Assembly (NCBI GenBank): GCA_973895155.1 | Contig: OZ316893.1 | Location: forward strand, 1,426,860-1,490,859 | Origin: Marsupella aquatica | Lineage: Eukaryota > Plantae > Marchantiophyta | Length of the DNA stretch: 64,000 nt | Direction: 5' to 3' | Part shown: positions 50,479 to 64,000 of the stretch, piece by piece | How positions within the stretch are numbered: the stretch's first letter is position 1 | Layout: the number at the start of each line of letters is the position of its first letter | Notes under the pieces: generated by a model | Seen by the model: the letters and a program-made list of their open reading frames with translations, nothing else | The model's database searches: none | What the model was told of the DNA's origin: nothing | Position numbers and translations under genes: made by a program

Positions 50479-52428
50479 GGAGCCTTCAGCCTTCAGGAGA
50501 CGAGAGCCTTTATGACGACGACGACGAGAGAATCGCTTTACGGTGCTCTCGTTCTATCTTTTCTTTGCTTGTTATGATTACAATCCCCGTCAATCAAGAC
50601 CCGAGGAAAGTGGAGATGGTGGAGAGGAGGAAGGAGCAGAGCAACGTATGGCTCGCCCGCCGTTGTCGTTCTCATTGCTGCTGTTCTCTGTCACGAATGC
50701 TCTCGCCTCTCCATTGGTGTTGTCCTCCATTGGTGTTGGCATTCCGCTCTCTCTCGACTCGAGGACTCTTTTTTGGGTTGTTCTCCGTCAGTAATGCTTC
50801 GATCACCATTGTTGGCATTCATTCGGCCCCATAGCTCTACTCTATAAGAAGAGTTTTTCTTGGGTCTCTACACCATTTGGTACTCCGTCGACTTGTTCTG
50901 GGTTTTGTGGTGTCATTCTGGAGTGGTATAGATTTTTAACTTTCTGTAGCATTCGCCCTAAACTCCTCATTCCCATTTCGATTCGTCGTCGTTTTGCTAG
51001 ATCCGTCTCTGTCCATTCTGTCGATCGTTCACCCTCTCGCGCTCTCTTTCGCTCTCGCTTTTTCTCTCTCGTTGTGGTCCGGTGGTGTGCTGGGCAGGAT
51101 CGGTTAGGAGAGAGAGGGGGGAGGGCAGAACAAGGGATTCGGCATTTGTGGAGCGATCGAGGGAGCGGGGTCTGCGGTGGAGAGGGGATGCCCCAATGAT
51201 GGTTCGAGGACCGGAGCTTGAGAACTCGCTATGGCGGGGAGAGGATTTGAAGGAGCCGGAACAGAGGAGGTAACTATACGACAACTAGGGACGGGAGAAG
51301 GCGTAGGGTTCGAGGAATTGGCGTGAAAAGGAGAGGGACACGCCACGGGAAGGGAGGAACAGGTGGGAATATGAGAGTGGAGAGGGTGGAGGGATTCGGC
51401 GTGCAGGAGAAAGTTTTGAGCAGCAGCGTGAGGGAGGAGGAGGAGGGGGACCGCTTTTGGAGGGAAGCAGCAGCAGCGGCGAGGCGGCGAAAAGTGCGGG
51501 ATCTTGTGCAATTAACTTATGTGATGATGATGTTGAGATGATGATGAGGGAAGGGAATGGGACGAGCTTGTTTCGGGGGTTGGAAAGGGTGTCCTCTTCT
51601 TCAGCCTGCAGGGTGCTGCTCTTCTGCAGCTGCGGAGTGGACTACGGTGTACTTCGACATTGATGAGTAGGCCTCATTGATACTGCCTCGAGAGGCGAGA
51701 ATTGCTCGCGGGAGATAGGGTTGTGGGTGTGATAGTTTGGCCTTGAGTTCGAATTGGTGCCACCTCTGCCGATTCTGGAGCTGTCGATTTGATAAATTTC
51801 GACGACAATTGTTTGGACGGACGGTCGGACGGGCGTCTCCTTTAGGGCTGGAACCTCACATTCTGTGCAGCTCATTTTGAGACTCTCGTCCGAACCTCTA
51901 CCGTGACGTGGTGGTGCGACTCGTTGCTAGCTTGCTTGCCGGATTTCTGTTGATGATAATCTAGGGTCTCCGAAATCAGGTACTTCATTCTGGCTCCCTC
52001 CCCTTTGGCTCCCTACTAGCTGGCAGTAATTTATTTCTTTGAATCTTGCGCACGTAAGTTACTACGCACTGGCGCAGAGAGACGCACACAGGTTTAGAAC
52101 GAGAAGAGATGAGAGGGAACAGAGGGAAGAGGTAGAGGTCGTTCTTCGCAGACTAGATTGAGTTCTGTGGAGGGGAAAAGGTACTCGCAAAGAAGAGGTA
52201 TTGAAAAAGAAGAGGTTGGCAGGCTGATTTGGTAGGGACAGACCAATGCTGTATTTAGCGATGAAGATGGCGGGGAAGGAGAAGCAGGTTTATCTGTAAA
52301 ACCTCGTCGGTGTCGTGTTCACTATGGTGTCTGAGGATTGGGGAAGACCTTTTGAGGTTTTACTGCTGCGTTCACCATCATTTAAGGAGGCTTATTAAGA
52401 AGAAGCAGCAACCTACCCGGAGAACCCG

Positions 52429-55400
52429 ATGGCTGCTGCTGCTGCTGGCAAACCGGGGGCCAGGGATGACTTTCTTTCTCTGAATGGGGAAAATGTGGAG
52501 ATTCGTGAGCCTCTAGGGCTTGCTGGACAAAATGCGGAGGAGACCAGCGATGTCAGTGCTTCCTTGTTTAAAGAGATCAGCAGCGAGGAAGAAATGGAAG
52601 TCTTGTCAGGTACCCCACACGGTACAGGCATGGGTGGCAGTATACTTGGTATGAATGTGGTGGGCAATGCTGCTGATTCTGAGGCGGAGACAAGTGGAGA
52701 GGACGGGTCGTTGTTCGAGGAAATTGGAGGCGACGACTCTCATTTTGGCGGATTAGGTGGGGTCCAACAGTCAGCCTATGACAGAGCAGCGAGTGGGGAT
52801 AATGGAGCTGCTGCTGGATATATCTTAGGAGGTAGTCTCCGATTCCAAACGGAGGATGTGCCCTTCATCAGGGCAGCGCGTGGAGACCTCGATGGTCCTC
52901 TGGACGGTCCATTAGCTTCCTTGCGGAGGGAGGATGGCGCATCACTTCACAGTTTTGAGGAGAAATTGAGCTCCATCTTTGAGGACTTGAGGGCGAAAGA
53001 AGAAACTTCCTCGCTTGCAGGAATCTGTCGGGATTACGGCTCTTCTTCTGGAGAGGAAGGAGGCGTAGATGCTGTCAGTGCGATCCTGACTGATTCGAAT
53101 AGAGAGAGGGGTCATTCTTTGCCTGTTAAGGGGCAGGAAAGTAAGATAGAACATGTGGAAACCGTGGAATTGTTGATGATACCCATGGAACAAGGATCCG
53201 ATGTTAAGACTGTTTCAGAAATAATCTTGGGAGAGACCCCAGACGTTTCCCTTTTACCAGTGACAGTAGAAGGTAAAAACCCTATCCCTTTAGGTACGGG
53301 CGAGGTAGGCGATGGAGGAGTGTCGAAAGTAATCAGCAGCTCTCCCAAAGAAGCGCCTAAGAAGAAGGGAAGGGCTTCTAGGGAGCTGGGAGCTTTGCTG
53401 CTGGACGCCAAAGGGAATGGTCGTGGGAGGAAGGCTGCAGGTCTGCAGGTAGACGTCAGTGACGCAATGGCACTAGCCGCGGTTAGAGGAGCAACTGAAT
53501 TAGGTACTGCAGTTGATGGGGTCGTTGTAGAGCCATCCGAAGGTCTAGTTGCTAGGGTTGAAGTTCGTATTACTCGCAGCAGGGCGTCGGGACGACTAGC
53601 CGGCAAAATTGAAAACCTTGGTCTAGACGGGACAGGCTCTCAGGATGTGACTGCTAAGAGGACAGGTAAGCGAACTGCACCGAAAAAAGGTGGTCGTCTA
53701 GGTTGGGGAAATGGCCTAGAAAACAGTGCAGATGGAGGTGTAGTGGCGGGGCAAAGTTCAATTTCGCCTGACAAGGTTTCAGCTGAATTTCAAATTGGGG
53801 CTGGGTTGGAAACGGGACAAGGTGGTGAAGGTCAAGGAAAGGAGAGCCAAAAAGGTTCTAAAAGCAAGTCAGGAGGCAGGGCGAAAACCGCTCGTCGCAA
53901 GGGAAAAGGAGTGTCATCTGATGGAGGGAGTGGACACTTAACAGGATTTAATTCTCACATAGAAGACTCGCACTCTGCGGGTATTACCACTGACATAAGA
54001 AAAGAATTCAAAGGACTAGAAACGCAAAGTCAATTTGATGAGGTGTTAATTACCGCACCTAGTGCAGATGAGGTGTTAATTACCACACCTAGTGCAGGCA
54101 CTCTTTCTAATTTGGGAGCACAGGAGACTGAAGCAGTGGAACTAGCAAAAGCGTTGGAGTCCAACTCTGGAGGGAGAAGACGAAGTAACAGGCAAAAAGC
54201 CAAAATAGGTGTTCACCCCGAAGCAGAACAATCGTTGGGCCATGGTTTGGTCGGCCAGAGCAAGCGCAAACAGCAAAGAAAAAATGCTTTGAGTGCAATT
54301 GAGTTGCCGCAAATCCCTGCTGGAAGCCAGGAAGCGAAACAGGAAGCTGGCAGCTCGGAGGAAGTTGCGGGAAATTTGAAACCCTCTGAACAAAACCTGG
54401 GTCGAAATGTAGGTGATGATGTTGAGGATGTGGGACCTCTGGGTTCTTCGAAAGAGGTGCAAGCTACTGTACGCAAAGCACCTAAAGCAAAGAGTACGCC
54501 TAGAAGAGTTAATCAGAAAAGGGGCAAGAAAAATGTTGTAGTCTCATGCACCCTGGAGGTGCCTTCCAACTGTGTATTGGGAGGTGAATCTGTCCCATCA
54601 GTGACTAACACTGATGGTACATTGAGTCTGGAGAAGGAAACAAGTACATGCGAAGCTGAAACAGTCACGGAAACTTGTGGAAATTCTCAGAAGACTGCGT
54701 CAAACAGATTGGAAAATAATGGAGAGGAGGGCTGCCTGGACACATCTAAAAGTGACGTGCGGTTGTCTCCAAGTGAGCAAGGTGAAGACGGTGCTAAGCC
54801 GTCTGAAATATTCGAGGAGAAGACATCACCAGTGAAAGTGCCAGGACCAGGAAATGATGCTGATTGTGCTCTGGTATCAGACAGAACGGCCGTCATTGAG
54901 CACAGGACCGAGGAAGGTGTGAAGGAACTGATTAGCCAGACTCACCCTGAGAAGTTGGAAACCTGCGGTTCATCTCCAGATGGAGGACTTGTGACGGTTC
55001 TTCAAGAAAGTGGCAAAGCTGAGTTGGATGGGAGAAATTCCGTTTCTTTGGAGTCGGTGGGTGTGCATACGGTGGTAGATTGTGAAGCCGGAGGGGTTGC
55101 TGACATAGCACTGGAAAGCGAAAAGTGTCCTACAGTTGTGGTTGAAAACTGCAGTATGGACCTTTGCGTTCTAGGTGAAGACATGGGATTTGCGGAAGAC
55201 CATGATATTGCAACCAAGAAAGAAAGCGGGGTTGAGCAGAATACTACAGAGCTAAGCTTGGCAGAAGCTATCCCGAGTGCCAAAAATGAGGGTGTTGTAG
55301 ACATCGACCGCAAGGTTGCAGTCAAAAAACCTTCGAAAGTGAAAGCAGGTCGACTTGGTGGTGGTCGAAAGGGTGCTGCTCCAAAAAAGCAGAAGGTGGA

Positions 55401-58400
55401 TAATGGACAAGGATCCGAGGCAGGTGTAAAACCGAAAGGTCGCGCCAGGAAGAGGGCCACCACAAAACAAAATCCCTCTGATGAAGCGGATCCATTGGTT
55501 ACAGGGGACGATTCCGTCGTCGAACCCCAAAAGAAGGCAAGCACAGCGAGCAGGAGAGGGAAAAGAAAGCTCAACAGTGAAAACGGCATAGGTTCTGTGG
55601 CATCGAGTAAAGAGACAAGCACGGAACCCAGCAAAGATAAAGTTGCGGATGATGTGGACAACAAAATTGTCATAGAGACTTTAGAGAAGGAAGTGAAGTC
55701 TAGGCAGAAAGGCCGTATCACAACAGGAGGACTTGAAGGTGGTGCCGCAAAGAAGAGACGGAAGGCAGGGAAGCTAGAACGGCCTCAATTAGATACTGAT
55801 CCTTGTTTTGAGCCCATGGCTGTCAACACTAGCACCGAGGGGCCTACAGAAGGTCTTCCTGTTGGCAGCGGATGTGAGTCAATGGCCCCGCAACGAGGGA
55901 AGGTTGGACAAAACAAGTCTCAGAAACCAATCACGGCAAAGAAAGTTACGAAGAAAACTCCAGTTGGTGACAAAAGTAAACAACCCAAAAAACCGCCTCG
56001 CACAACAACGAAGTCGAAAGGAGCCATAGTGAAAGTGTTATCCACGATCAAGGATCAATCCAGCCAAGAAGGACCACCAGCCACAAAGAACAAATCAGCC
56101 AAGCGTAAAGTTGGGAAAGCCAGTTTGAAACTTCAGGCAGATTTAGCTGATCATTGTGCTGTAGATGATGGGAAGGCCGGTGCGGAGGAAAATGGACAAG
56201 TTGCAGCTGGAAATGCCTCATTGAGTCAGGAGACAAATGGAAATGTCACGAAAGCGTTGCAGATTGAAGAAGTTGTCCGAGATATAGATGGTGGAGCAGT
56301 GGGAGAAGATGTTTCGAGTGGCGTGACTGAAGGTGGGGAGAACAAAGGCAGTGAGAAGGGCATTGATAGTGCTGGTGCAGAGACGGGAGCAGCGCGAAAA
56401 AGCTGGGTGCTGTGTGATGATTGTAATAAGTGGCGCTGCATCCCGGTTGATCTTGCAGACCTTATTGAGTCCACCAATGCAAGATGGTAAGGCATATTTG
56501 GATCTCTTATTTGTTGAACAGACTCGCCTTTTGGAATCTAGTTACGAATAGGACGACTGTTGAGGTTTTTTACTTTGACTGCGCTGGACACTTGCTTATA
56601 AAGACTTATTGCCCAGGTCTTTTCAAGTCTCTATATTAGAATGGACTGATGGAGTACACTTGTTCTTGGGAGGTTGATCATCGGTGTTTGCTTGGCTAAA
56701 CTTTTCTTAATTTCATTCTATGTTTTAGGACTTGCCGGGAGAATCCCGATAAGGAGTTTCAAGACTGCTCAGTACCTCAGGAAAAATCAAATGCCGAGAT
56801 AAATGCTGAATTGGAGATTTCAGAGGTCTCAGTTTGCGAGGAGGGTGATGATACAGACGCTGTCGACTCCAAGTCAATGAACTTGGGAGCTTCAAATGAA
56901 GGTGCTTTGTAGGAGCTCAGCACGTTTGTTGTGATTTTGAAATGACCAAATCCTGAAAAGGATCTCTGTCGTTTCTCAAACATATGGCTTAGGACCTTCA
57001 TAAGTTCTTAATGACAAGGTTTCAAAATGGTTGGACTGAGCATTGTTTTTGGGATCTGGACCTGCAGATAATAAACCAACTGTTTGGAAGCGCATTCGGC
57101 GTAACATCTTTCAGCACCGTCGTCGCAAAGTCCTGGAAATTGACGAGGTGAGTCTCACAATACTAAGAGTTTCCTCTTCCCTATCGCTTGAGAGATTTTC
57201 AACTGAGTTTAGAGTTTGTTTGGTCAGGAATATTTGAGGTTTATTTAGGATATAGGTTCAGACTTGTTTTAGCTTGGAGCCGCGCTGGAAGTCGAAGCTC
57301 TTCCCTAGTAATTCGTTGTCCAGTGAGGGAGATAGTAGTCGCAAGCTGACTCCTTCTGAAAGCCATGTCGATTCAACTGTCTTGACCTTTTTCTTCCCCT
57401 CTTCGTTTTCCTTTCACCCTTCGGTAGAGCCACCTTATGCGTGACTCGAATGAAGGAAGAATTTGTAGCTGAATGGTGTGTCGATAGATTGTGTGTGTGC
57501 GCCGTATTTTCCGTCTCTAAGTAAAACGCTCTCTACTTGTTCTTGATAGAAGGCCATGATGTAGTCCGCGGCTTTTAATATTAGAGCGAGTTCACTGAGT
57601 CACGTAGTAGGAAGGCGGTTGAATCAAGATACATGCCTCTGTCGTAATTCGAACGGTTGTTTTCACAGATGATGGTATGTCAGTGTAAACCACCTGAAGA
57701 TGGTGGTGTCGGTTGTGGAGAGAACTGCCTGAATCGCATGCTTAGCATTGAGTGTGTAGCTGAGCAGTGTCCTTGCGGTGAAGCCTGCTCTAATCAACAG
57801 GTAATTTTTCTCCTACTGAAGCAGAGTTTTATTTTTAGAGCTAGGCGTGAGTGCTTCCTATTCGTTGAACTCCGGTCCTGACAGTGACTTTTGATTGCAG
57901 TTTCAAAACAGAACCTATGCACCTATCGAGATGTACAGATGTGGAAAGAAGGGTTTTGGGCTAAAATTGATGGAGAATGTCCCGAAGGGTACTTTCATTA
58001 TCGAGTATGTAGGGGAGGTAAGTAAGATTGTAAGCTGTGTGTTCATTATACCTGCCGATGTAGGATAATCTAGTCTGTACTGTAGTAATATCTTCTCTAG
58101 GTTGTTAGTCCAAGCGTGATGTTTTCCTGGGAGTGATGAAGTTTAAGAAAATTGTGTGGGTTGGCTCAAGAAATGCTTAACTGATCCGAGTACTTTATGG
58201 TCAAGGCGAAGGCTGTATTGTCTTGTCGCAGCCAGAGTGTTTTAATGGTTATTAATGCTGAAGCTTGGACATAGTTTTTTGGTCAATCTGGTCTTCGATG
58301 AACACTTCCAACCGAATAGTTTGGGCTTTCAGGTCAATACCTTGTTTTGTAGTCTTCTCTGAGTAAGTCTTTTTGCAAAGGCTATAGCTTGCGCACTATC

Positions 58401-61400
58401 TGCGTTGAGGCTTAGGTTTTCTTCCTGATAGGATGCTGTTGTGCTAAAACTTGGCAGGTGCTGGATGTGAGTGCATTTGAAGCACGGCAGCAGGAATATG
58501 CGTGCAAGGGTCAGAAACACTTCTATTTTATGACTTTAAACACCAATGAGGTGAAATTCGAGTTTCCGTCCCACTAACTTCTGTTCTTCGATTTTCTGAC
58601 ATTATCTGTCCTTTTGAAGAGTCTCGTTTTTGCAGGATGTTTAGGACTTTTACAATTTTTTTTCCAAGTATCCTTGCGAAATAGTACCCTTTCCAACTGT
58701 GGGTCCGAATTTCCGCGCACTGATTGTTTTGATATTTTAATCAGGTAATTGACGCTTGTTCGAAGGGCAACTTTGGGAGATTTATCAATCACAGCTGTGA
58801 CCCAAACTGCAGAACAGAGAAGGTACATGATCGCTTGACACTGCAGAAGTTTTGTTGGAAAATAGCTTTCTAGTAATTTCTAGTCCTCTTTCTGTTGTAA
58901 ATCTGTCAGTAGTTGGTGACTGGAGAGTAATTCTTTCAGTTTGGCGGGAAATAGTTTCATTGCAGATGTGGCGGTGATATTAAGTGGTCAGTCTTATGTT
59001 TGCTTGCATTTCTTGCAGTGGATGGTGAATGGTGAAGTCTGCATTGGATTATTTGCAGTCAGAGATATTGGAAAGGTATGAGCTTAAAATTACCATACAT
59101 GCTCCTTCTAGGTTGTAAATGATTGGTCCTTGAAAACAGTTGCTACCCTGTTTTGTTGTCACAAATGATTCAGTTCTACATACTTGGGCTCTTTCATTTT
59201 CAGGCCGAAAAGTGACATTCCAACTTTGTGGGTGTTTGGATTGCTTTGCTACCCGAAGCCATTTCTGTTGTTAAGCTATTTCTGGTTTCGCAGGATGAGG
59301 AAGTGACATTTGACTACAACTATGTACGAGTGTGTGGGGCAGCAGCAAAGAAGTGCGAATGTGGCTCTTCTCAGTGCAGGGGATTTATTGGTGGCGATCC
59401 TTTGACCCCTAAAGCTGTTGTGGAAAGTGACTCAGAAGACGATGAGGATCTTGAACCAGTCATGGTTGAGAACAGTGAGGATGAAGATGCTTATGTAGAT
59501 GAGAACAAGCTGGCACCATGTAAAAAACCACGAGTTGAGGCAGAGTTCCAGGAAACAATGCCCGTACGAACCATTGGAATAAAGCGTAAATTAAACATTA
59601 TGAAGGAAAAAGTTCCATCTGTGGTGAAGCGCATCAAGACCAATGCCAGTGCACGGAGGAGTACTTTAGGGAACTACAAAGGATTGACACTTGATATCAG
59701 CGGTGGACGACACGAGAGCTCTCGCACTATGTATTTCAGCGATGGTTGGTCCTTCGATTCCCTTGCTTTTTCGCCTTGAATGAATCCTACCCTGCAGGTC
59801 TTCGTATTTTAATCTTGCAAAATTGTTACGGAGCAATCAGACCATTTATGACTGAGAAGATAAGATAGGGCTCCCTTCCTCATTAAATGCTTCTAGTTAA
59901 GTGTCCCAGTCTTGCTACGAAAAACGAAACGAAAAGGCTCCAAATAATGCTCCAGCGACATAGATAGCAACTTCTCCTTTTGGGAGCTCCCTATCTAAGT
60001 TATGTATCTGTTATTGTGGAACAGTTCAAGAGAAGCTCGATGAAATGCTGGACAGAAATGGTGGCTTGAGGAAGAGAAGAGTACGTTTGTCTTTCCACTT
60101 ACCCCTGAATATTTTGTCTTCTCCATTTCTCTGACTATTTGGTGATTTTGAATGTTGTTTTCAGTAACTAATGTCCGATCCGACAATTCTCGTGGGTCTG
60201 TCTTGGCGAGGGAGCGTTTCCCATCATTTACATGTCAAATTCGCCATACTGAGACATGGTCGTCTAATCTTGGTGGAAATTGCAGGATGCCGCCAAGCAA
60301 TACTTGAAGCTTCTGGTGCTAACGTCGGCATCTGGAGACAGCAGAAAAGATGCTGCAGCTTGCAGGTGAACCTCTGAAACCTTGTCTTTCTTTGTGTGTG
60401 TGCGCGCTTGTGTGTCTTCTCCTCTAGAAATTTTGTTAGAAGGCTCATCTTTATACTTGAAAGTGTTGTTTTAAGTTTTCTCATATCTCAAGCGAAAAAG
60501 CAAATGTGGTGCTGTCAATTAGGTTTTTATGATGTGAAACAGAAAAATTGGATACAAAGGTTTGTTTTTGGGAAGTAATCCTACTTATTTTTTAGTCCTA
60601 CTAGTAGCCATCGTGAAAATCAAGAATTTCCTCGGTGCTTGGGTAATCATTGATGACTTTGTGCCAGCGTGAGGAATTACAATTCAATTTTTAGAGTTGA
60701 TTGTCCACTGATATATTGTCCAATGCGCTTGCTGCAGTGTGCGTGATCTTTCATTACTCTTGGAGGCACTCCTGAAGACAACATCAAGGACTGTACTATA
60801 CGACATCATGAATAAGAATGGTTTGCCTTGTGCCCACCCCTGAGACTGTTTTGTTGTTCGTGTGATGTGGCAGTTGGAGTGCAAGTGAATAGTTTCACAT
60901 GTATGCAAAATAATGTGTTTTGTTTTTCATGCTTGACAGGGTTGAGGATGCTCCATAATCTAATCAAACAGCTCCGTAGACAGTGGGACAAGACACCCAT
61001 TCTTCGTAAACTCATAAAAGTGAGTCTTGCTTTGTAGGCTATCACGGCTTCAAGGATGTTACATCGTGTGTCTTTGTATTTTGAAGGTTGCAGACTTAGC
61101 ATTCTATCTCAAGAGTTTGAAGGCATTTATCAAGCACATTTGTGTCATTAGCTTTCATCCAGGTTTGTTTGGAAATTATATCTGACTATCTCTTGGATCT
61201 TCGAATCATGGAAACAGGTCCTTGACCTGCTTGCATCGGAGAGGGTGCTGACAACTGATCTGATCACCTCTGGCCCACCTTGCAGTGGGATGGAGAGGTT
61301 TGTGCAACTTGTATTAAGTTTTAAAGTGAAATGTTTAGGCTTTCTAGTGGAGGAAAGTATAATGCACGGTGGGCTCTGCATGATATGAAACCTGTTACCT

Positions 61401-64000
61401 TATTTTGTCCTTGACATTATCTAGCATTTGTTTGTGCTGTAAATGCCGTCCACTAATTATTCTGGGCCGATCGTCACAATGTGCAGTTTTTCAGAATCAC
61501 TTTTTGAGCTCACTCGTCACAAGGATACAGAGGTACGGGTAATGCGTACATTTCCAGTTCTGTTAGTGTCTACCTAGGAGTTGTTAGTTTCTTCTGAATT
61601 TGACGGGAGTGCGCCGTGTCCTGGTGTTCGTGTTGCTGTATCCTGCTCCGCCTCACTGATTTTCTTGTGAAATGTTTGTGGAATGGGAATCTTTTGTAGG
61701 TGGTACACATGGTGCGTCGGTTTAGGAATAGGTGGATGCCTCCACGAATATGGGATCAGCACTACAGAGGATTTGAGAAACCGTTTCCTGTCCAATCCAT
61801 GCAATCCTCGTCACAGGCAGTCATGCAGCAGTCTGAACAGCATAACGGTAGCAACATATTCCAATCTCCGCAGCATCCGAAGCAGGTCTCATTGGGATCA
61901 GAGGTGTCTAGACCCGGGTCATCTGAGCCATCTTGGCCGCAGGGAAGCCATCTACTGGCTAGCCAGTCACAGAACAGTAAAGCACGCACGGAGGAAGGAG
62001 CAACGTTGAAGGAAGATGTGAAAGGCACCGTAAAAGTATCTGAGTCCACTGAGAAATCCACCCCTCTGATGACACAACCAACAGAGAAGAAGACACGCAA
62101 GCGACCCTCTCGGTGGGATGCACCAGCTAGGGTAGAGAAAGCTAGCAAGGGCCTTTCAGATCCTTCAGCAAGTACGAACCAGTCTGTTGCTCAGGGTGTT
62201 GGTTCAGGACAGCAGGCCACGTTTCCTGTTGCTCATGTGTCTCAAGGATCTGTGCAAGTGTCATTCGATGGTTCTAGACAAATCGCAGGTCAAGCACCAT
62301 CCGCAGCACCTCAGGCTCTCAAACAGGCGGGTGGGCCGCCAGTGCCACAGTCGGTGTGGCCTTTCTCAACGTCCAGTGTCTTCCAGGATTCGACTGGGTT
62401 GCCAAGTGGTGGGATGGTAGGGCAGCTACAAATGGGTGCGAGGGACACAGGGTCAGGGCTGCACCATCCCCACACACAACTTTTACAAGGTACGCCTTCT
62501 ACACAACATATACCGGCTGCACCGACAATGCAGATGGGTCTTCCTTTAACTCATGGGGGCCTCCAACAAGCACCTAATTCAAACGCCATTCAATTTGGAC
62601 CACCTCCCCTACCAGGCAGAGGTTTTCCACGAGGTCCTTCAATGCAAATGGGGCCTGGAGGAGCGTTAGCACAAGGTGTGCATGGATCAACTCAACTGGT
62701 CCCCATGGGAGCAGTGCCTGCAGCTCCAGGCTACCCACGGGAACCGAGACCTCCACCAATGCCACCGATTGCAACTTACGGCCAGTGGCGACCACCACCT
62801 GGAGCTCCAAACTTTGGGGTTGCACACGCCTTCCCAGGTGATCGATCTCAAATGCACCCGATGCAATTGGCATGGCCGCTCCAGAGGGTTGATGATGGGG
62901 CTCAAATAATGTCAGGCTCGGACGAGGTCAAAAGGAACGCAGGAGATGCAGATCCTGAACCACCAGTACCTGGTCTTTCTCCAAGACCGCGACCACCGGG
63001 AGAAGGATCAACGGCTATGGTCTGGACTGACTCTGGTTCTCATAGTGTCCAAGAGTTCAACGACTTGGCTGATAGGGGATATTACCAAGCGCAGTGGATG
63101 CCACCACAGTACATGCAGGGACAGGGAACTAATCAGGAGTATTATGGTTCAAGAGATCCTTATACTAGAGATGCAACGTGGGGCTACCCTTGTGGGGAGT
63201 ATTGGGAAACTCCAGAGGCGGAAGGGTTCAGAGAAGATGTAAGCTCCATACCGTGTCGTTGAGCAATGTAAATTTAATGCATCAATCTGACATCAGAAAA
63301 TTTTCTCACCGCGCGGGATGCTACTGTGTGCAGGTCTTTGCCTTGGTGTCAATGCGGGTTCACAAGCATCATAAGGTAAATACTTTGACCGTAGTAGGAA
63401 CGTTTAAAGCGGACACTGGCTCAGATTCTAGCTTTTATCGTGATCAACGCTTCAAAAGGGTCTCTGCAATTCATAAAGTTACTTAAGTGCGAATTTGTTT
63501 GGGGGTTTTGATGAAACGAAGACATCTCTAAACGTAGCTACATCAGAATGTGTGGAGTGCTCATCACTGCCTAGCAAGGAGCCTTACGCTGTAATGGTCG
63601 TTCGAAAGGTAACATGTTGACTTTCAGAAAGTAGACTACCTGGGTTGCAACTTTTGAGTCCCAATTTGTGAACTGGAATGCTTCTCTTACAATAACTGAC
63701 CTTCCACTTACATTGCAGCTCCGGACAAGAGATTTGGACAGGTTCTGCAGCAAATTGGCTGATGTCATTGTGAGGAAAGAAATCGCGAAATACATTGAGC
63801 ACAGAAATCAGGTATTCTAAATGTTAATCTAACATGTTTCGAAGTGTTTGTATCTACGTTGGTGATTGACATTTGCAAGCACTGGAATAAACTTTCTGGG
63901 TAAGTTATAGATTTTGAAGCTGGCTTTGGTAACCGGTTTTTTTCCAACATCTGGAGACCGTTAAAGTTGGTTTCTCATGTTCCCATGCCTGCAGGGGATT
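52429..64000 (+). CDS. ASHH2: Histone H3K36 methyltransferase, ASHH2/SDG8/EFS type (CW-AWS-SET-postSET); 3' end lies beyond the window
   Basis: A ~4-kb first exon (52429-56486) ends in the CW finger [14 protein letters not shown], which continues as [19 protein letters not shown] (56729-56901). AWS exon 57669-57800 (CQCKPP...[14 protein letters not shown]). SET exons 57901-58017, 58458-58550, 58745-58822, 59019-59075 and 59294-59744 give [32 protein letters not shown] and post-[16 protein letters not shown]. Then [13 protein letters not shown] and [10 protein letters not shown]...ILRKLIK exons, a P/Q/G-rich exon (~61701-63238) and further exons up to an acceptor at ~63994. Confidence 0.95.

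Noticed and set aside
53112-55721. Several long minus-strand ORFs within ASHH2 exon 1
   Set aside because: They are antisense by-products of the long, compositionally biased plus-strand exon.

Overview
Eukaryotic land-plant genomic DNA with GT-AG spliced genes and TE relics; it looks like a non-seed plant, probably a bryophyte such as a liverwort (inference). Intact genes: COQ3 (minus, 9 exons) head-to-head with MON1/SAND (plus, 14 exons); a large ASHH2/SDG8-type H3K36 methyltransferase that runs off the window end; and two intronless paralogs of an uncharacterised plant family (M[KR]REGR.HG...KPTN.SK...acidic tail ending DDWxx[VI]). Decayed elements: a frameshifted CRE-clade non-LTR retrotransposon (RT plus restriction-like endonuclease), an intronless FSH1 serine-hydrolase pseudogene with a quadruplicated 5' end, an L1 ORF1 relic, Harbinger/Tourist-like MITEs, a spliced coiled-coil gene remnant and many tandem repeats. 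The most unusual signals all involve the two paralogs. A ~700-bp non-coding leader of paralog A recurs inverted between COQ3 and MON1. Paralog B's leader carries a duplicated short uORF (M-x-Q-R-R-L-N) with synonymous changes. Both paralogs share upstream motifs and a candidate C-terminal ATG8-interacting motif. All alignments and exon calls were made by eye; no database searches were run.
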